A stretch of DNA of 43,663 nt from a phage: sequence record PZ445529.1; one strand, given 5' to 3'. Positions 24,278-33,445 of the stretch are shown piece after piece. The notes beneath the pieces were generated by a model, which worked only from the letters and a program-made list of their open reading frames with translations, searched no databases and was not told the origin of the DNA. The position numbers and the translations under genes are program-made. Position 1 is the first letter of the stretch. Each line of letters opens with the position of its first letter.

Positions 24278-24912
24278 CTTACGAATCCGATAGCTGTCTT
24301 AAGGGTGACGGACACCGTTGCCGTGTTATGCCCGTTGTCAGTGTACGACAAGCTCGAACGCTCGACCACGAATAAACCTGTTTCGCCATCCGGCGCGGTG
24401 ACGACAAACGGCTTGACGAAGTGCCCGCGAAGGAAGTTGTAAACCAGTTTGGGGTCGCACCACTTGTCAGTAGTCAGTCCGATGAATTGCACGGGGAACT
24501 GTTTCGTTTCGGCGTTCGGGCCGTCCGCGATGTTCTGACCGTAACCGTTACCGAATTGCAATTCCTCGGACCGGAAAGACAACTGCACGTCTCCGCCGCC
24601 TTGCAATTGCATATGCCAGTAATAGGGCCATTCGTTTGACCGCGGGTCGTGCGCTTCGATTAGCTCATAAACCACACCGGCTTTTGTCGGTCCTGCCCAG
24701 TTATCCGCCAGGGTGATGACGGTGTTAGAGTTGAATGCCGCAATTTTTCCGGTGTAGTCGTTGCCGTCGATGCGGGTAAATACGCGGACCTTCCCGATCT
24801 CGCTCAAGAACGCCGTTCCCGCGCCCGTTACGGTCTTACTTCCTTTCGTTAGTGTGATTGTACCTTGCGCCATAAAAAAGCCCCCACGTTGTAGTGAGGG
24901 CCATTTTATCAT
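24274..24912 (-). CDS. minor tail protein (lambda M-like)
   Basis: 212 aa; start overlaps tape measure stop (ATGA). Confidence 0.6.
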   Translation of the reverse strand: MIKWPSLQRGGFFMAQGTITLTKGSKTVTGAGTAFLSEIGKVRVFTRIDGNDYTGKIAAFNSNTVITLADNWAGPTKAGVVYELIEAHDPRSNEWPYYWHMQLQGGGDVQLSFRSEELQFGNGYGQNIADGPNAETKQFPVQFIGLTTDKWCDPKLVYNFLRGHFVKPFVVTAPDGETGLFVVERSSLSYTDNGHNTATVSVTLKTAIGFVR

Positions 24913-27551
24913 CGTTTGTAAAGTACACCACCCGGTTTCGTCGCTTTCACGATCTCGGCCTTGACCGCCTCGGTGATTTGCTTTCCGAACGCCTGCGCGG
25001 TGCGTGGGTCCGGCCCGCTCACACTGGCATCCGTCTTACCGGTCCCCATGTTCACGTTGGTCGTTACAATCATCCCACCCCCAACACCGGCAGCGGCAAC
25101 GCCCAGCTTACCGTCAGGCCCGCGCTTCAGTGGCATGATGGCCTCGGGTCCGGCCTCACCCATCAATCCAGCGCCTTTAGCGAACGCCTGGACGCCATAA
25201 CTGAAAAAGGTAGGCTGGCTTACCACTTTCCCCGAATAGGCAGCGAGATTGCCTCCTGCGTACGCTCCGCCGTCCGCATTCTTAGTGAGGCCGGAGAAGA
25301 TAGCGCCGAACAATCCGTTTTTGCCGCCGTCGCCACCGAAAGCGCTAACGATGGACTTGAATGCTTGCGATGTAGCCAGCTTGATTAATTCGCTCAGGAT
25401 GGACTTAACCATATCCTTTGCGTTCAGCTTGCCAGTCTCGAAAAACTCGTTCATCGTGTCCTGCATAGCGCCGAACGTGAATTTTGTGAGTGACGTCATC
25501 TGCGTATAGCCGTTACCCATTTCATCCACGCTATCCTTAAGCCCGCGGCTGAATCCATCCCATAGCGAGGCGTTAGCACCGGTCTGTGCTTCCTGCACTT
25601 CGCGCAGTTTAGACACCGCCAGATCAATATCGGTATCGCTAGCGCCCACCCGCTTAAGGCGGTCAATTAGCTGCAATTCTTCGCGCAGGTTAGCCGCTTC
25701 GCGAGTGGAAAGCGCATAGCCCGCCGCGGTGGCTTTTAGCTCGGCGTTCTGGTTCTTGACGAAGGCGTCGATCTGCGCGTGCGCCTTGACCTGCTTCTCT
25801 TTCGCGTCCAGCAATTTGGCTTCTTCGACGATCTGCTCGCGTACTTCCTTCACGCGTCCGAATTCGACCATCTGCTGCTTTTCTGCTGCCGTTAGTGCTC
25901 TTTCTTTGCTTGCTGCGATTAACTGTTCATTATCCGCGATCAGCTTGTTTAGGGCCGCTTGAGCGCGTTGCGTGCGGGTCTGCGTAGACGCGTTGGCTTC
26001 GATCTGCTTGCCGGATTCTCGAAGCTGGGCCAGTTCGCTCCGTGCAACTTCCAGCATTTTCATACCGGCATCCACGCGAACAGCCGCGGCCTTCTTCGGG
26101 GCGGGGTCTTTGTAACGCTCGTTTACCTGCTTCACCGCCTCGGCAAGCTCTTTCTCGTCAATCACGCCGCGCTTATTCAGCAAATTGAGGCGGGCGATCT
26201 CGTCGGCGCGCCTCTTCGCGTTGGTTGCGTACTCCTTCTCAAACGCGGCGCGGTCGCGGGCGGTGCGGTTGGCCTCCTCGTTCGCCTTTGCTGCTTCGTC
26301 CGCGGCGCTGGCGTTGTCCCGCTCCGCACGGTTGCGCAGGGTGAGCGACGCCACTACTTTCTCCTGGGCGACCAGTTCGCTGTAAAGCATGTTAATACGC
26401 GCTTTCTGCGCTTCAGTCATTACCCCACCGGCAGCGTTTACCGCTTTCATCTCGGCATAGTAAGCCGTGGTTAGTCGCTGCAATGACTCACGCGCTTTCA
26501 TCTCGGATTCATTGGAGGACTGCGCGCGGCCCACATCCAGGATGGCGTCCCACATTGATTTGGCTGCCGATGTGACGACGTTCATCGACCGCTCAAGCGT
26601 ACCCATGTTGGACTTGATTTCATTGGTCATGCTGGTGAACGACGCAGCGGCTGTTTTGTTAGCCAACGCAACTGCGTCTGTCTCACGACCCGCATCAACG
26701 AGCGACTGTACCTGCTGGATCTGCGCTTCGTTTACGACGTGATACTTATCCGCCAGCGCACGCAGTCCGCCAACGGGGTCGGTTGACAGCTTCGCCACCG
26801 CCGCGACCACATCCTCGATCGGCTGGCTGGACACCTTCGCGAAGTCATTCACTACCTTCGCCAGTGCGCCGAAGTCACCCCCCGCTTTCACACCCGCCGC
26901 CGCCAGCGCCTGGATTGTGTCACGCGTCTTGCGGAACGACCCGCCCATGCGCTCGGCGTTCTCGGATAGCACCAGGATCTGGTTTGCCGTCAGGCCGGAA
27001 ATGTTACCGGAAAGTGCCAGCGTCTTGTTAAGCGCGGCGACCTGGTTCTCCGCGCGGGACGTAATTGCCACCCCTACGCCTAACGTTGCCGTTAGTGCTG
27101 CAATGCCGATCCCTACCGGACCGAGGAAGCCAGCAACAAAACGCAGCGTGTTACCCAATCCACCGAACGCCCCAGTTAACTGCGGTAACTGCTGAAGCAT
27201 GACGCGGTGCACCGGCATACCCATCTCAAGCGTTACAGCGATATCCTGTAACTGGAATGCGGCGTTACGCGAGGCAAAGCCCAGGTTTTTGGTCGACATG
27301 CCTAACCTGTTGGCAAGTCGCTCCTGTTTCGTCATGCCATCGGCGGCGCGCTGCGATTCAGTCGCCAGCTTCTCCATTCCGCCCGCGGCGTCACTCGTCA
27401 CCTTTTTGGATTTGCCGAGGGTGTCGTTTAATTTCTTAACCTTGTTTTCTGTGTTCTCGGATTTCTGTGCGAAGGAGTCCAGCACAGTATTTGCCGTTCT
27501 GATTTGTGCAACATCAGCCTTCAGCGTGATGCCTGCCGCTTGATCTGCCAT
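24909..27551 (-). CDS. tail tape measure protein
   Basis: 880 aa, Ala/coiled-coil-rich, between chaperone genes and the M/L/K/I/J-like genes. Confidence 0.8.
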   Translation of the reverse strand: MADQAAGITLKADVAQIRTANTVLDSFAQKSENTENKVKKLNDTLGKSKKVTSDAAGGMEKLATESQRAADGMTKQERLANRLGMSTKNLGFASRNAAFQLQDIAVTLEMGMPVHRVMLQQLPQLTGAFGGLGNTLRFVAGFLGPVGIGIAALTATLGVGVAITSRAENQVAALNKTLALSGNISGLTANQILVLSENAERMGGSFRKTRDTIQALAAAGVKAGGDFGALAKVVNDFAKVSSQPIEDVVAAVAKLSTDPVGGLRALADKYHVVNEAQIQQVQSLVDAGRETDAVALANKTAAASFTSMTNEIKSNMGTLERSMNVVTSAAKSMWDAILDVGRAQSSNESEMKARESLQRLTTAYYAEMKAVNAAGGVMTEAQKARINMLYSELVAQEKVVASLTLRNRAERDNASAADEAAKANEEANRTARDRAAFEKEYATNAKRRADEIARLNLLNKRGVIDEKELAEAVKQVNERYKDPAPKKAAAVRVDAGMKMLEVARSELAQLRESGKQIEANASTQTRTQRAQAALNKLIADNEQLIAASKERALTAAEKQQMVEFGRVKEVREQIVEEAKLLDAKEKQVKAHAQIDAFVKNQNAELKATAAGYALSTREAANLREELQLIDRLKRVGASDTDIDLAVSKLREVQEAQTGANASLWDGFSRGLKDSVDEMGNGYTQMTSLTKFTFGAMQDTMNEFFETGKLNAKDMVKSILSELIKLATSQAFKSIVSAFGGDGGKNGLFGAIFSGLTKNADGGAYAGGNLAAYSGKVVSQPTFFSYGVQAFAKGAGLMGEAGPEAIMPLKRGPDGKLGVAAAGVGGGMIVTTNVNMGTGKTDASVSGPDPRTAQAFGKQITEAVKAEIVKATKPGGVLYKR

Positions 27552-27618
27552 TATGCAGTCCCCTTTTTATGCAGTTGCCGATTGTCATTGTATCAGCGAT
27601 TTTAAAACAATCCTTATT

Positions 27619-27787
27619 CAGTCTCAGACGAGGGGGGCCACTGACCCCCGTCTAGTCTGAAAGACTGGGGTGCTGTCCCGCTGTCCCGATCGGCTAAACC
27701 CCGCGGCAGCACTGGTGGGGACGGGGTGCTGTCCCGCTTTGTCCCGCCCCTTGTTTGTCCCGCTTTTTGTCCCGCTTAGTTTATGCA
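27619..27787. repeat. copy B of the 169-bp element (palindrome + GTCCCG iterons), in the gap between the GT chaperone stop and the tape measure start
   Basis: Exact match to 43616-43663 + 1-121; followed at 27826-27857 by extra inverted GGGACA/GTCCCG copies (gggacaaaacgggacgtcccgatctgtcccgc). Confidence 0.9.
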
Positions 27788-27856
27788 ATAAATTCGAATA
27801 GGTATGCACATTTCAGGGGTGGGACAAAACGGGACGTCCCGATCTGTCCCGCTGCA

Positions 27857-28533
27857 TTATGCGGGGTTCTGCTGCGCCATTTCATCAAGCGCGATTCGTT
27901 CCATTAGCTTGATATCTTTAAACGCGCGCTGTTCGTTTTCGATACCGTGCATCTTAAATAGCCACTCCAGCACGCCGTAGTCGATGCCGTATGCGCCACC
28001 AAATCCGGTGCGCCATTGCGTGGAGCAATCTGTGAAGACTGCGACTACCTTCGCGTTGTCGGGCCATAGCGCAACAGGCGGACAAACATCTTCGGGGGCC
28101 GCACCCCATAAACTTGCGGCTAAATCTTCGGAGGGTGGCGGCGGGCCATAAAAGCGTCGCGCCGCCTCAATTAGTTTTTTTCACGCAACCCCATCAGCTC
28201 GAGATAGTACGACGTGTGAAACACACCGAACGCGCGCGGATAGTTGACCACCAGGCGGCGGACGTTCTCCGCGTTAAATTCGTCTGGCAGATTCCAGCCT
28301 TCCGCGACGTGCATGATGGCCTCGACCATAACGTTAAAGCCGTCTGGGTCATTGTCGTCATATTCCGATAGCTTTCGTTCGGTGTCCTGCATGGTTTGCG
28401 AAAATTCGTCGATCGGGCGGTGGCGTACGGTAAACGTCATCTTGCCCGGCTCGTTCTCGCCAGGACGCGGGATCTCAATCGGCAGCTTAAAGGTCGGTTT
28501 AGGGTCAAGTGTGAAGAGTGGTGCTTTAGCCAT
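27857..28533 (-). CDS. tail assembly chaperone GT-like fusion made by programmed -1 frameshift
   Basis: Slippery heptamer A-AAA-AAC at the last sense codons of G; the -1 frame is open for 105 codons to a stop at 27857-27859 with no start codon near its beginning. Confidence 0.6.
28171..28533 (-). CDS. tail assembly chaperone (lambda G-like)
   Basis: 120 aa; ATG 28533 with RBS GGAGA; between major tail protein and tape measure; ends ...R E K N * over a run of seven A. Confidence 0.65.
   Translation of the reverse strand: MAKAPLFTLDPKPTFKLPIEIPRPGENEPGKMTFTVRHRPIDEFSQTMQDTERKLSEYDDNDPDGFNVMVEAIMHVAEGWNLPDEFNAENVRRLVVNYPRAFGVFHTSYYLELMGLREKN
28174..28180 (-). promoter_or_regulatory. slippery heptamer AAAAAAC for the G/GT -1 frameshift
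   Basis: Plus-strand gtttttt; XXXYYYZ pattern in register with the zero frame. Confidence 0.6.
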
Positions 28534-28545
28534 TGTAGTATTCTC

Positions 28546-28572
28546 CAATAAAAAAGGGGCCGTGCTGGCCCC
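28546..28572 (-). terminator. Rho-independent terminator after the major tail protein gene
   Basis: ggggcc-agcac-ggcccc followed by TTTTTTATT on the minus strand. Confidence 0.65.
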
Positions 28573-28589
28573 ATATTAACACCCGCTAT

Positions 28590-29306
28590 TTAAGCGACCA
28601 GATCCTTACGGTAGATAACCATGTCAGACTGCATGGTCAGAGTGGCTTGTACGGTTTCCACGTTGTTTACTTCAGCGGACGGAATCTTCTGGAAAGATAC
28701 CTTAGCCGGGTAAATACGGATCTCACCTTTGCCGCTTGCTGCCGCTGGGTTCGTGAACTTAATCACAGTGGTTTTCTGTGTGTCGTCCAGGTCTTCCAGG
28801 ATTGGGCGGATCGGGTCTTCTTCGTCGTGGGTGAAGGTGTAAGTCTGGACCAACGGGTTTTTCGTGGTGTTAAGACTGATTGCGGTGTTCACCTGCAACG
28901 GCTGGAAGGTAGTAGTCTGCTGGTCGCCACCAGACACGGCGACGTTAGTAATGAAAGGGAAGTCGATAAAGCCCGACACCTTCACCACTTCGCCCGGAGT
29001 GCCTGCGCTGAAAGCGCCGGTCGGGTATTTTGTGACGTCTTTGGTGTCGAAGCGCGCCAGCGTAACGTCGTTGGTGTCTACTTTACCCACGATGAATGCG
29101 CGGTTAAGCGCTCGGACCCACGGGGTTTTAGTGAACATAACAACGTCGCCAACAACCAGACCATGCGAAGCCGCACAGGTAATTACGCAACCTTGCGTAA
29201 GGTCGGAGATCGACGCTGCGGCGTTGGTAGCTGCCGTAACAGCGATGCCGCTACCCAGTACGGACCCGATCTGGACGCTGGACCCGTTAGGAAGTTGATA
29301 ACCCAT
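28590..29306 (-). CDS. major tail protein
   Basis: 238 aa; RBS AGGAG; followed by terminator then chaperone genes. Confidence 0.7.
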   Translation of the reverse strand: MGYQLPNGSSVQIGSVLGSGIAVTAATNAAASISDLTQGCVITCAASHGLVVGDVVMFTKTPWVRALNRAFIVGKVDTNDVTLARFDTKDVTKYPTGAFSAGTPGEVVKVSGFIDFPFITNVAVSGGDQQTTTFQPLQVNTAISLNTTKNPLVQTYTFTHDEEDPIRPILEDLDDTQKTTVIKFTNPAAASGKGEIRIYPAKVSFQKIPSAEVNNVETVQATLTMQSDMVIYRKDLVA

Positions 29307-29366
29307 AATGAAGCTCCTGTTTAGATATACGGATTAATGATACAGCACGCGCAGAAATGCGCCAAA

Positions 29367-29789
29367 TCAGGCGCAACAGGTGTAGGGGACTGTAACCACG
29401 ATGCGGGCGCGATCAACATCCTCAATCACTGAACTGGTGTATGGCGCGTCCTGAAGCTGGAATGAAGCGCCTGCAAGCCTTACGGCCCGCCACTTGTCAG
29501 ACGTCGCGATGGTGTCCGCCAGTTCGCTCGCATACTGTGTGCCAGTGCCCGCAGGAAATACCACGGCGACCTGATACACACCTGCATAGATCCGGCCCTT
29601 CTGCTGGAAGCCCACAAACTGGGTCGGGGCCGGAAGCAGATATGGTTCCAGGTAGACACCGCTGCCGTTTGCGTGGTCGCCGCTCACGTTCTCCCAGTTA
29701 ACCTTTATCGGGCGCGTGCTAGTGCTCAGGCTCCCCGCTAATTCTTCAACTACGCTGTTAAGCGCCTTGCGGATTAGTGTATTGCTCAT
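29367..29789 (-). CDS. tail terminator / tail completion protein (positional call)
   Basis: 140 aa ORF directly upstream of the major tail gene. Confidence 0.5.
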   Translation of the reverse strand: MSNTLIRKALNSVVEELAGSLSTSTRPIKVNWENVSGDHANGSGVYLEPYLLPAPTQFVGFQQKGRIYAGVYQVAVVFPAGTGTQYASELADTIATSDKWRAVRLAGASFQLQDAPYTSSVIEDVDRARIVVTVPYTCCA

Positions 29790-30382
29790 TATTTCACCTT
29801 AGAATTGATTTCTGCCGCTACGACGCGAACAATCCCCGCGGGCGCTTGTTTACTCCAGCCATACTCCAGCCGCTGCGCGTACGGCACATTGTTCGTAAAC
29901 CAGATCGACCCGTATTCGCCAGAATCATAATGTGCCAGCACTTCACGCCCTGCGGCTAATGTTGCCGTTCCGGCCTTGTCCACGCGGTCGATAGCGCCTA
30001 CAGCTGGGCGGTCGAACGTAACCTGCCAGTTTCCCCGGAAGCGTCCGCCGGTGTAATTTTTCGCGGCCCAGCCACGCTGGCGGAACGTGACGTTGCCGTT
30101 TTTAGTTTTGAATGAGACGAGCACACTGGCGTGCTTCTTCTGCCCGCGCTTCAGTTTGCCGCCATTCTTGCGGCGCTGTGCGGCGTTCACCTTGTTCGCG
30201 TGCTGGCGGGCCATTGCATAAGCCTTGTTAATCTTCCACCGGCGAGGGTCGCCAACCGGGGAGATCTCAATAAGGCGTCCGAGTATTTGCATCCCGTACG
30301 CCCGCACCGCCTTATCGTTGTTCTCCTTCGTCTTATCCACCCACGTAGCAATAGTGGCGGCGAATGAGTATACTTCAGCCAC
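29789..30382 (-). CDS. head-tail joining protein (HK97 gp10-like)
   Basis: 197 aa; C-terminal WFTNNVPYAQRLEYGWSKQAP; GTG start overlapping upstream stop. Confidence 0.6.
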   Translation of the reverse strand: MAEVYSFAATIATWVDKTKENNDKAVRAYGMQILGRLIEISPVGDPRRWKINKAYAMARQHANKVNAAQRRKNGGKLKRGQKKHASVLVSFKTKNGNVTFRQRGWAAKNYTGGRFRGNWQVTFDRPAVGAIDRVDKAGTATLAAGREVLAHYDSGEYGSIWFTNNVPYAQRLEYGWSKQAPAGIVRVVAAEINSKVK

Positions 30383-30383
30383 G

Positions 30384-30737
30384 TCAGCCCCTTAGCTGTA
30401 GTTGAAACAGCATGGTCGTGCCTGCCGGTTGCAGTGGGTTTGGATTGACGACCCGGTAGTCGGCACCGTTCAGATTAACCAGGTCGCCTACCCGCAATTG
30501 CTCAACCGCCCGACATAAAAACTTCACATCACCGGCAACGATACGCGTTCCGTCGATCTCGCTCGGCTTGTACTCCTCGCGAAGACCGATGACGTCAAAC
30601 GAGGTCGGTGGGATGACAACTTCTTCGCCGTCTACACGGTCAACCGACCCCGGACGCGTAACCGTAACGGTCATGCCGAATTTTTTAATCAGCGGATTCA
30701 CTTTCCGCTTTAATCCTGCGTAATTAAAGCCCGCCAT
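30384..30737 (-). CDS. head closure / head-tail connector protein (positional call)
   Basis: ORF 30384-30746 trimmed to ATG 30737. Confidence 0.5.
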   Translation of the reverse strand: MAGFNYAGLKRKVNPLIKKFGMTVTVTRPGSVDRVDGEEVVIPPTSFDVIGLREEYKPSEIDGTRIVAGDVKFLCRAVEQLRVGDLVNLNGADYRVVNPNPLQPAGTTMLFQLQLRG

Positions 30738-30841
30738 CTTCTTCACGCTCCTGTGCCGGTGGTACTGGTTCTGGCTCCGGTTGTTCTGGTTGCCGTTTAG
30801 CGTTGGCGGCGATTATCGCCGCGAGTAATGCAGGATTCATA

Positions 30842-31342
30842 TTACCCCCTGAATACGTCGAAATTGCCTGCGGCGTTGCCGCCTGAATCAACCCAGTGCC
30901 CTAACAAGCCATCCCACCACGGGAACGACACCCCGCTACCAATAGACGCCGGGTCATACTCCATCGTGATCGGGCCGACCGTTTCGCGAATAGTCTCTTT
31001 ACCATCGCCGACAGGAGAAATATCGATCTCGTCTGCCACCAACAGCGCCAGCCGGTAAACGGCTTGTTCAACGGCGACGGGGATTGATGCAAAGTCTACG
31101 ATTTGCCCGACAGGCACTACCGCCACGACTTCGGTTAGCGTGTCGCGCACCGGCTTCCCGTCCGATGGGTAATTGATGCGGGGCCATGCGTCTAGTCCTG
31201 TCTGGTCCGCCTGTTCGCCGATCCAGTTGATGCCGTTAAGGAAGTCATTAACGATGGTAAGGTGTCGCGTTGCATCGCCCAACGTGACTTCAACGCCTCG
31301 CGCGGCGGCATAATCGACAAAGGTTTGCGGGTCGCCATACAT
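30842..31342 (-). CDS. head-tail adaptor protein (positional call)
   Basis: Start set at ATG 31342 (RBS GGAG) because the longer ORF runs into the capsid-gene terminator. Confidence 0.55.
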   Translation of the reverse strand: MYGDPQTFVDYAAARGVEVTLGDATRHLTIVNDFLNGINWIGEQADQTGLDAWPRINYPSDGKPVRDTLTEVVAVVPVGQIVDFASIPVAVEQAVYRLALLVADEIDISPVGDGKETIRETVGPITMEYDPASIGSGVSFPWWDGLLGHWVDSGGNAAGNFDVFRG

Positions 31343-31355
31343 TAGATTCACTCCT

Positions 31356-31381
31356 ATAAAAAAGGCGGGCATAAGCCCGCC
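31356..31381 (-). terminator. Rho-independent terminator after the major capsid gene
   Basis: ggcgggc-ttat-gcccgcc followed by TTTTTT on the minus strand. Confidence 0.7.
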
Positions 31382-31400
31382 CATTTGGGATGTGCGCCCG

Positions 31401-32495
31401 TTAAGACGCGGTGGTCGCAGTCAGCGTAACCAGTACGCCAGCGGTTTCCTTGATGTGACGGGTAGGCACTGCCTGTGCGGCCTGGGTCTTACGACGGCCT
31501 TTAGTATCGCTATCGCCGCCAACATCCTGAACGGTTGCCGGTGCGTTGTCTACCTGGCCCTGGTCCAGTTCCCAGTTATCGACATTGGTAATATCGTCCA
31601 GTTTGAACGAGCGCACACCTTCGATCGGGGTTCGAGCGGACGCCGTCAGACGGTAACCTTTAACAGCCACGTTGAAGTCGAACTCGCCCTGCCACCAGCG
31701 CTCGATGTTCTCGTTACCGCCTTTCTCCTGCGCCAGCATATCGAGGCCGTTGGTGGTAACCGCAACCGCGCCAGGGACCAGGCCCAGCATTTTGCCAGCG
31801 CCCATAGCACCGGCAGCGGCATCGGAGATAATAAAACGGCGGCCCAGGCCGTCGCCCATCACTTGCAGATCGCCGATCGCGAATACCTGCTCGGCGGAAG
31901 GGAGCGCCTGGTAAGCAATGAAGTTTGCCCAGGTAACGCCGTCCATAAACCAGGATTTAATCAAAGACGCCTGATCGCCGAACTTAGAAGCCGCCAGCGG
32001 GAAGTCTGCCAGGGTTGGGAAGGTACGACCGCCAACGCCGTCAACGCGCGCCGGTTGGGTGTATTTTGCTTCTATGTTGCTTTCAATAGCTGCTTTGCCC
32101 GCACCGATACCAGCTTTGAGGTAATGCAGCATAATCGCTTGAGTAGCCTGTGCCGCAATCTCAGCCGCAACGCTGTTAACGTTGGTTTCGATCTTAGCCA
32201 TCATGGCCTTAGTGATCGCCACCGGACCCACTTTCGCGGACAGGTTAACGGAGTTGGTCAGCATACGCGCCAGCACTTTTGCGGTAGCCGGAGTACCTAC
32301 AGGGGCGTAGGCGTTACGGTCGGTAACGAGGTTGGCGATCAAGCCTACGGACATTTTTTCTACAACGTCCTTCAGCACTTCACCCGTGCCGAGAACAACA
32401 GCGCCGTTAGCGGCAGCGTTGAACACGTTCAGGTTATCGGGGATCATTTGCGTAACCGCGGTAACGAGTTTACGCTGGAACACTGTTAAAGACAT
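31401..32495 (-). CDS. major capsid protein
   Basis: 364 aa; RBS AAGGA; after scaffold gene and before terminator. Confidence 0.75.
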   Translation of the reverse strand: MSLTVFQRKLVTAVTQMIPDNLNVFNAAANGAVVLGTGEVLKDVVEKMSVGLIANLVTDRNAYAPVGTPATAKVLARMLTNSVNLSAKVGPVAITKAMMAKIETNVNSVAAEIAAQATQAIMLHYLKAGIGAGKAAIESNIEAKYTQPARVDGVGGRTFPTLADFPLAASKFGDQASLIKSWFMDGVTWANFIAYQALPSAEQVFAIGDLQVMGDGLGRRFIISDAAAGAMGAGKMLGLVPGAVAVTTNGLDMLAQEKGGNENIERWWQGEFDFNVAVKGYRLTASARTPIEGVRSFKLDDITNVDNWELDQGQVDNAPATVQDVGGDSDTKGRRKTQAAQAVPTRHIKETAGVLVTLTATTAS

Positions 32496-32592
32496 ATCGA
32501 AATCCTTTGAGTTGTGAGCATTCGCCCAGTGACGTTAATGTTACCTTAGATTTCCGCGCTAGCAAAATCGCCCGCGAAAGCGGGCGATCTGC

Positions 32593-33297
32593 TTACTCGT
32601 CGTCGCCCATCTTCGCGATGATATCCCCCGCCTGTTTGGTGAGATCGGTGATACCGAAGCTGTGGCCCATAGAGATTTTCGACTTCACATCTTCGACAAC
32701 ATGCGTCGGTTTGCTCGGCGCACCACCGGCTGGCGTGCCAGCCAGGACGGATGCAAAATCGGCGTTATTACGGAACTCTTTTTCAAGCTCTTCCATAGTC
32801 AGCGCGGATGGTTTGCCATCCTGCAAGACACGCACCTTCAAGCTGCCGTCTTCGCCGTCTTCCAGCGTCAGGCGGTCCATAACGTGGCGTTGCATGATGC
32901 CAGCATTCTTACCGAACAGCTTCGAGGCCAGGTCTTTGGCAGCGCTGCCGATGGTTAGATCGTGGATCTGCTTGCGGTAGGCTTCGATTTTTCCCGATGT
33001 GTCTGCTTCGTGTTTCGCAAACTTATCTTTCCAGGACTTGTCGATCGCTTCGAGGTCACCATTTTTTCGCGCGGCGGCTTCCTCTTTCTCTTTCGCAAGT
33101 CGCTCGGCTTCGGCGCGGCGTTCAGCTTCTGCTTTCTTCTCGCTCACCAGCTTCGCGTTATTGTCTTTCAGACCCTTGATTTCCGCCTGTACTTCTTCTG
33201 CGGTCATGAACGTTGATTTATACCCGTCGCCATCGGCAACAAAAAGCGCCTTCATACCTTCCGGCAACGCGTCATATTCTGCTTTAGTAAGTTTCAT
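32593..33297 (-). CDS. head scaffolding protein
   Basis: Start at ATG 33297 (RBS GGGGGA); charged helical sequence AEAERRAEAERLAKEKEEAAARK; immediately upstream of capsid gene. Confidence 0.6.
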   Translation of the reverse strand: MKLTKAEYDALPEGMKALFVADGDGYKSTFMTAEEVQAEIKGLKDNNAKLVSEKKAEAERRAEAERLAKEKEEAAARKNGDLEAIDKSWKDKFAKHEADTSGKIEAYRKQIHDLTIGSAAKDLASKLFGKNAGIMQRHVMDRLTLEDGEDGSLKVRVLQDGKPSALTMEELEKEFRNNADFASVLAGTPAGGAPSKPTHVVEDVKSKISMGHSFGITDLTKQAGDIIAKMGDDE

Positions 33298-33387
33298 GCT
33301 ATCCCCCTGGGATTGTGGCAGAGCAGGCCACCCGCTCGACTTCACGCTTCTAATATTATCAGCGATAAAAATAATCGCAAAATTCGC

Positions 33388-33416
33388 TTGCAATCCTCAT
33401 ATTGGTTGCATATATT
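33388..33416 (+). promoter_or_regulatory. sigma70-like promoter (-35 TTGCAA, 17-bp spacer, -10 TATATT) with two ATTGGTTGCA copies
   Basis: cttgcaatcctcatattggttgcatatattggttgcacaccaaca; the 21-mer tatattggttgcacaccaaca recurs on the minus strand at 43413-43433. Confidence 0.55.
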
Positions 33417-33445
33417 GGTTGCACACCAACAACGAGGACACACTA

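Noticed and set aside
27624-27809. 61-aa minus-strand ORF inside the 169-bp repeat
   Set aside because: Lies entirely within the iteron/palindrome element, has no RBS and would be duplicated at the window junction; taken as chance ORF.
30724-30840. 38-aa Pro/Glu-rich ORF coupled to the stop of the head-tail adaptor gene
   Set aside because: Very low complexity and overlaps the likely start of the next gene; insufficient support without expression data.
31392-32489. 365-aa plus-strand ORF
   Set aside because: Exactly antisense to the major capsid gene, which has positional and terminator support; no RBS.
32999-33445. N-terminal 149 codons of the 403-aa plus-strand ORF 32999-34210
   Set aside because: This part is antisense to the scaffold gene and precedes the promoter and RBS; the real gene starts at ATG 33446.
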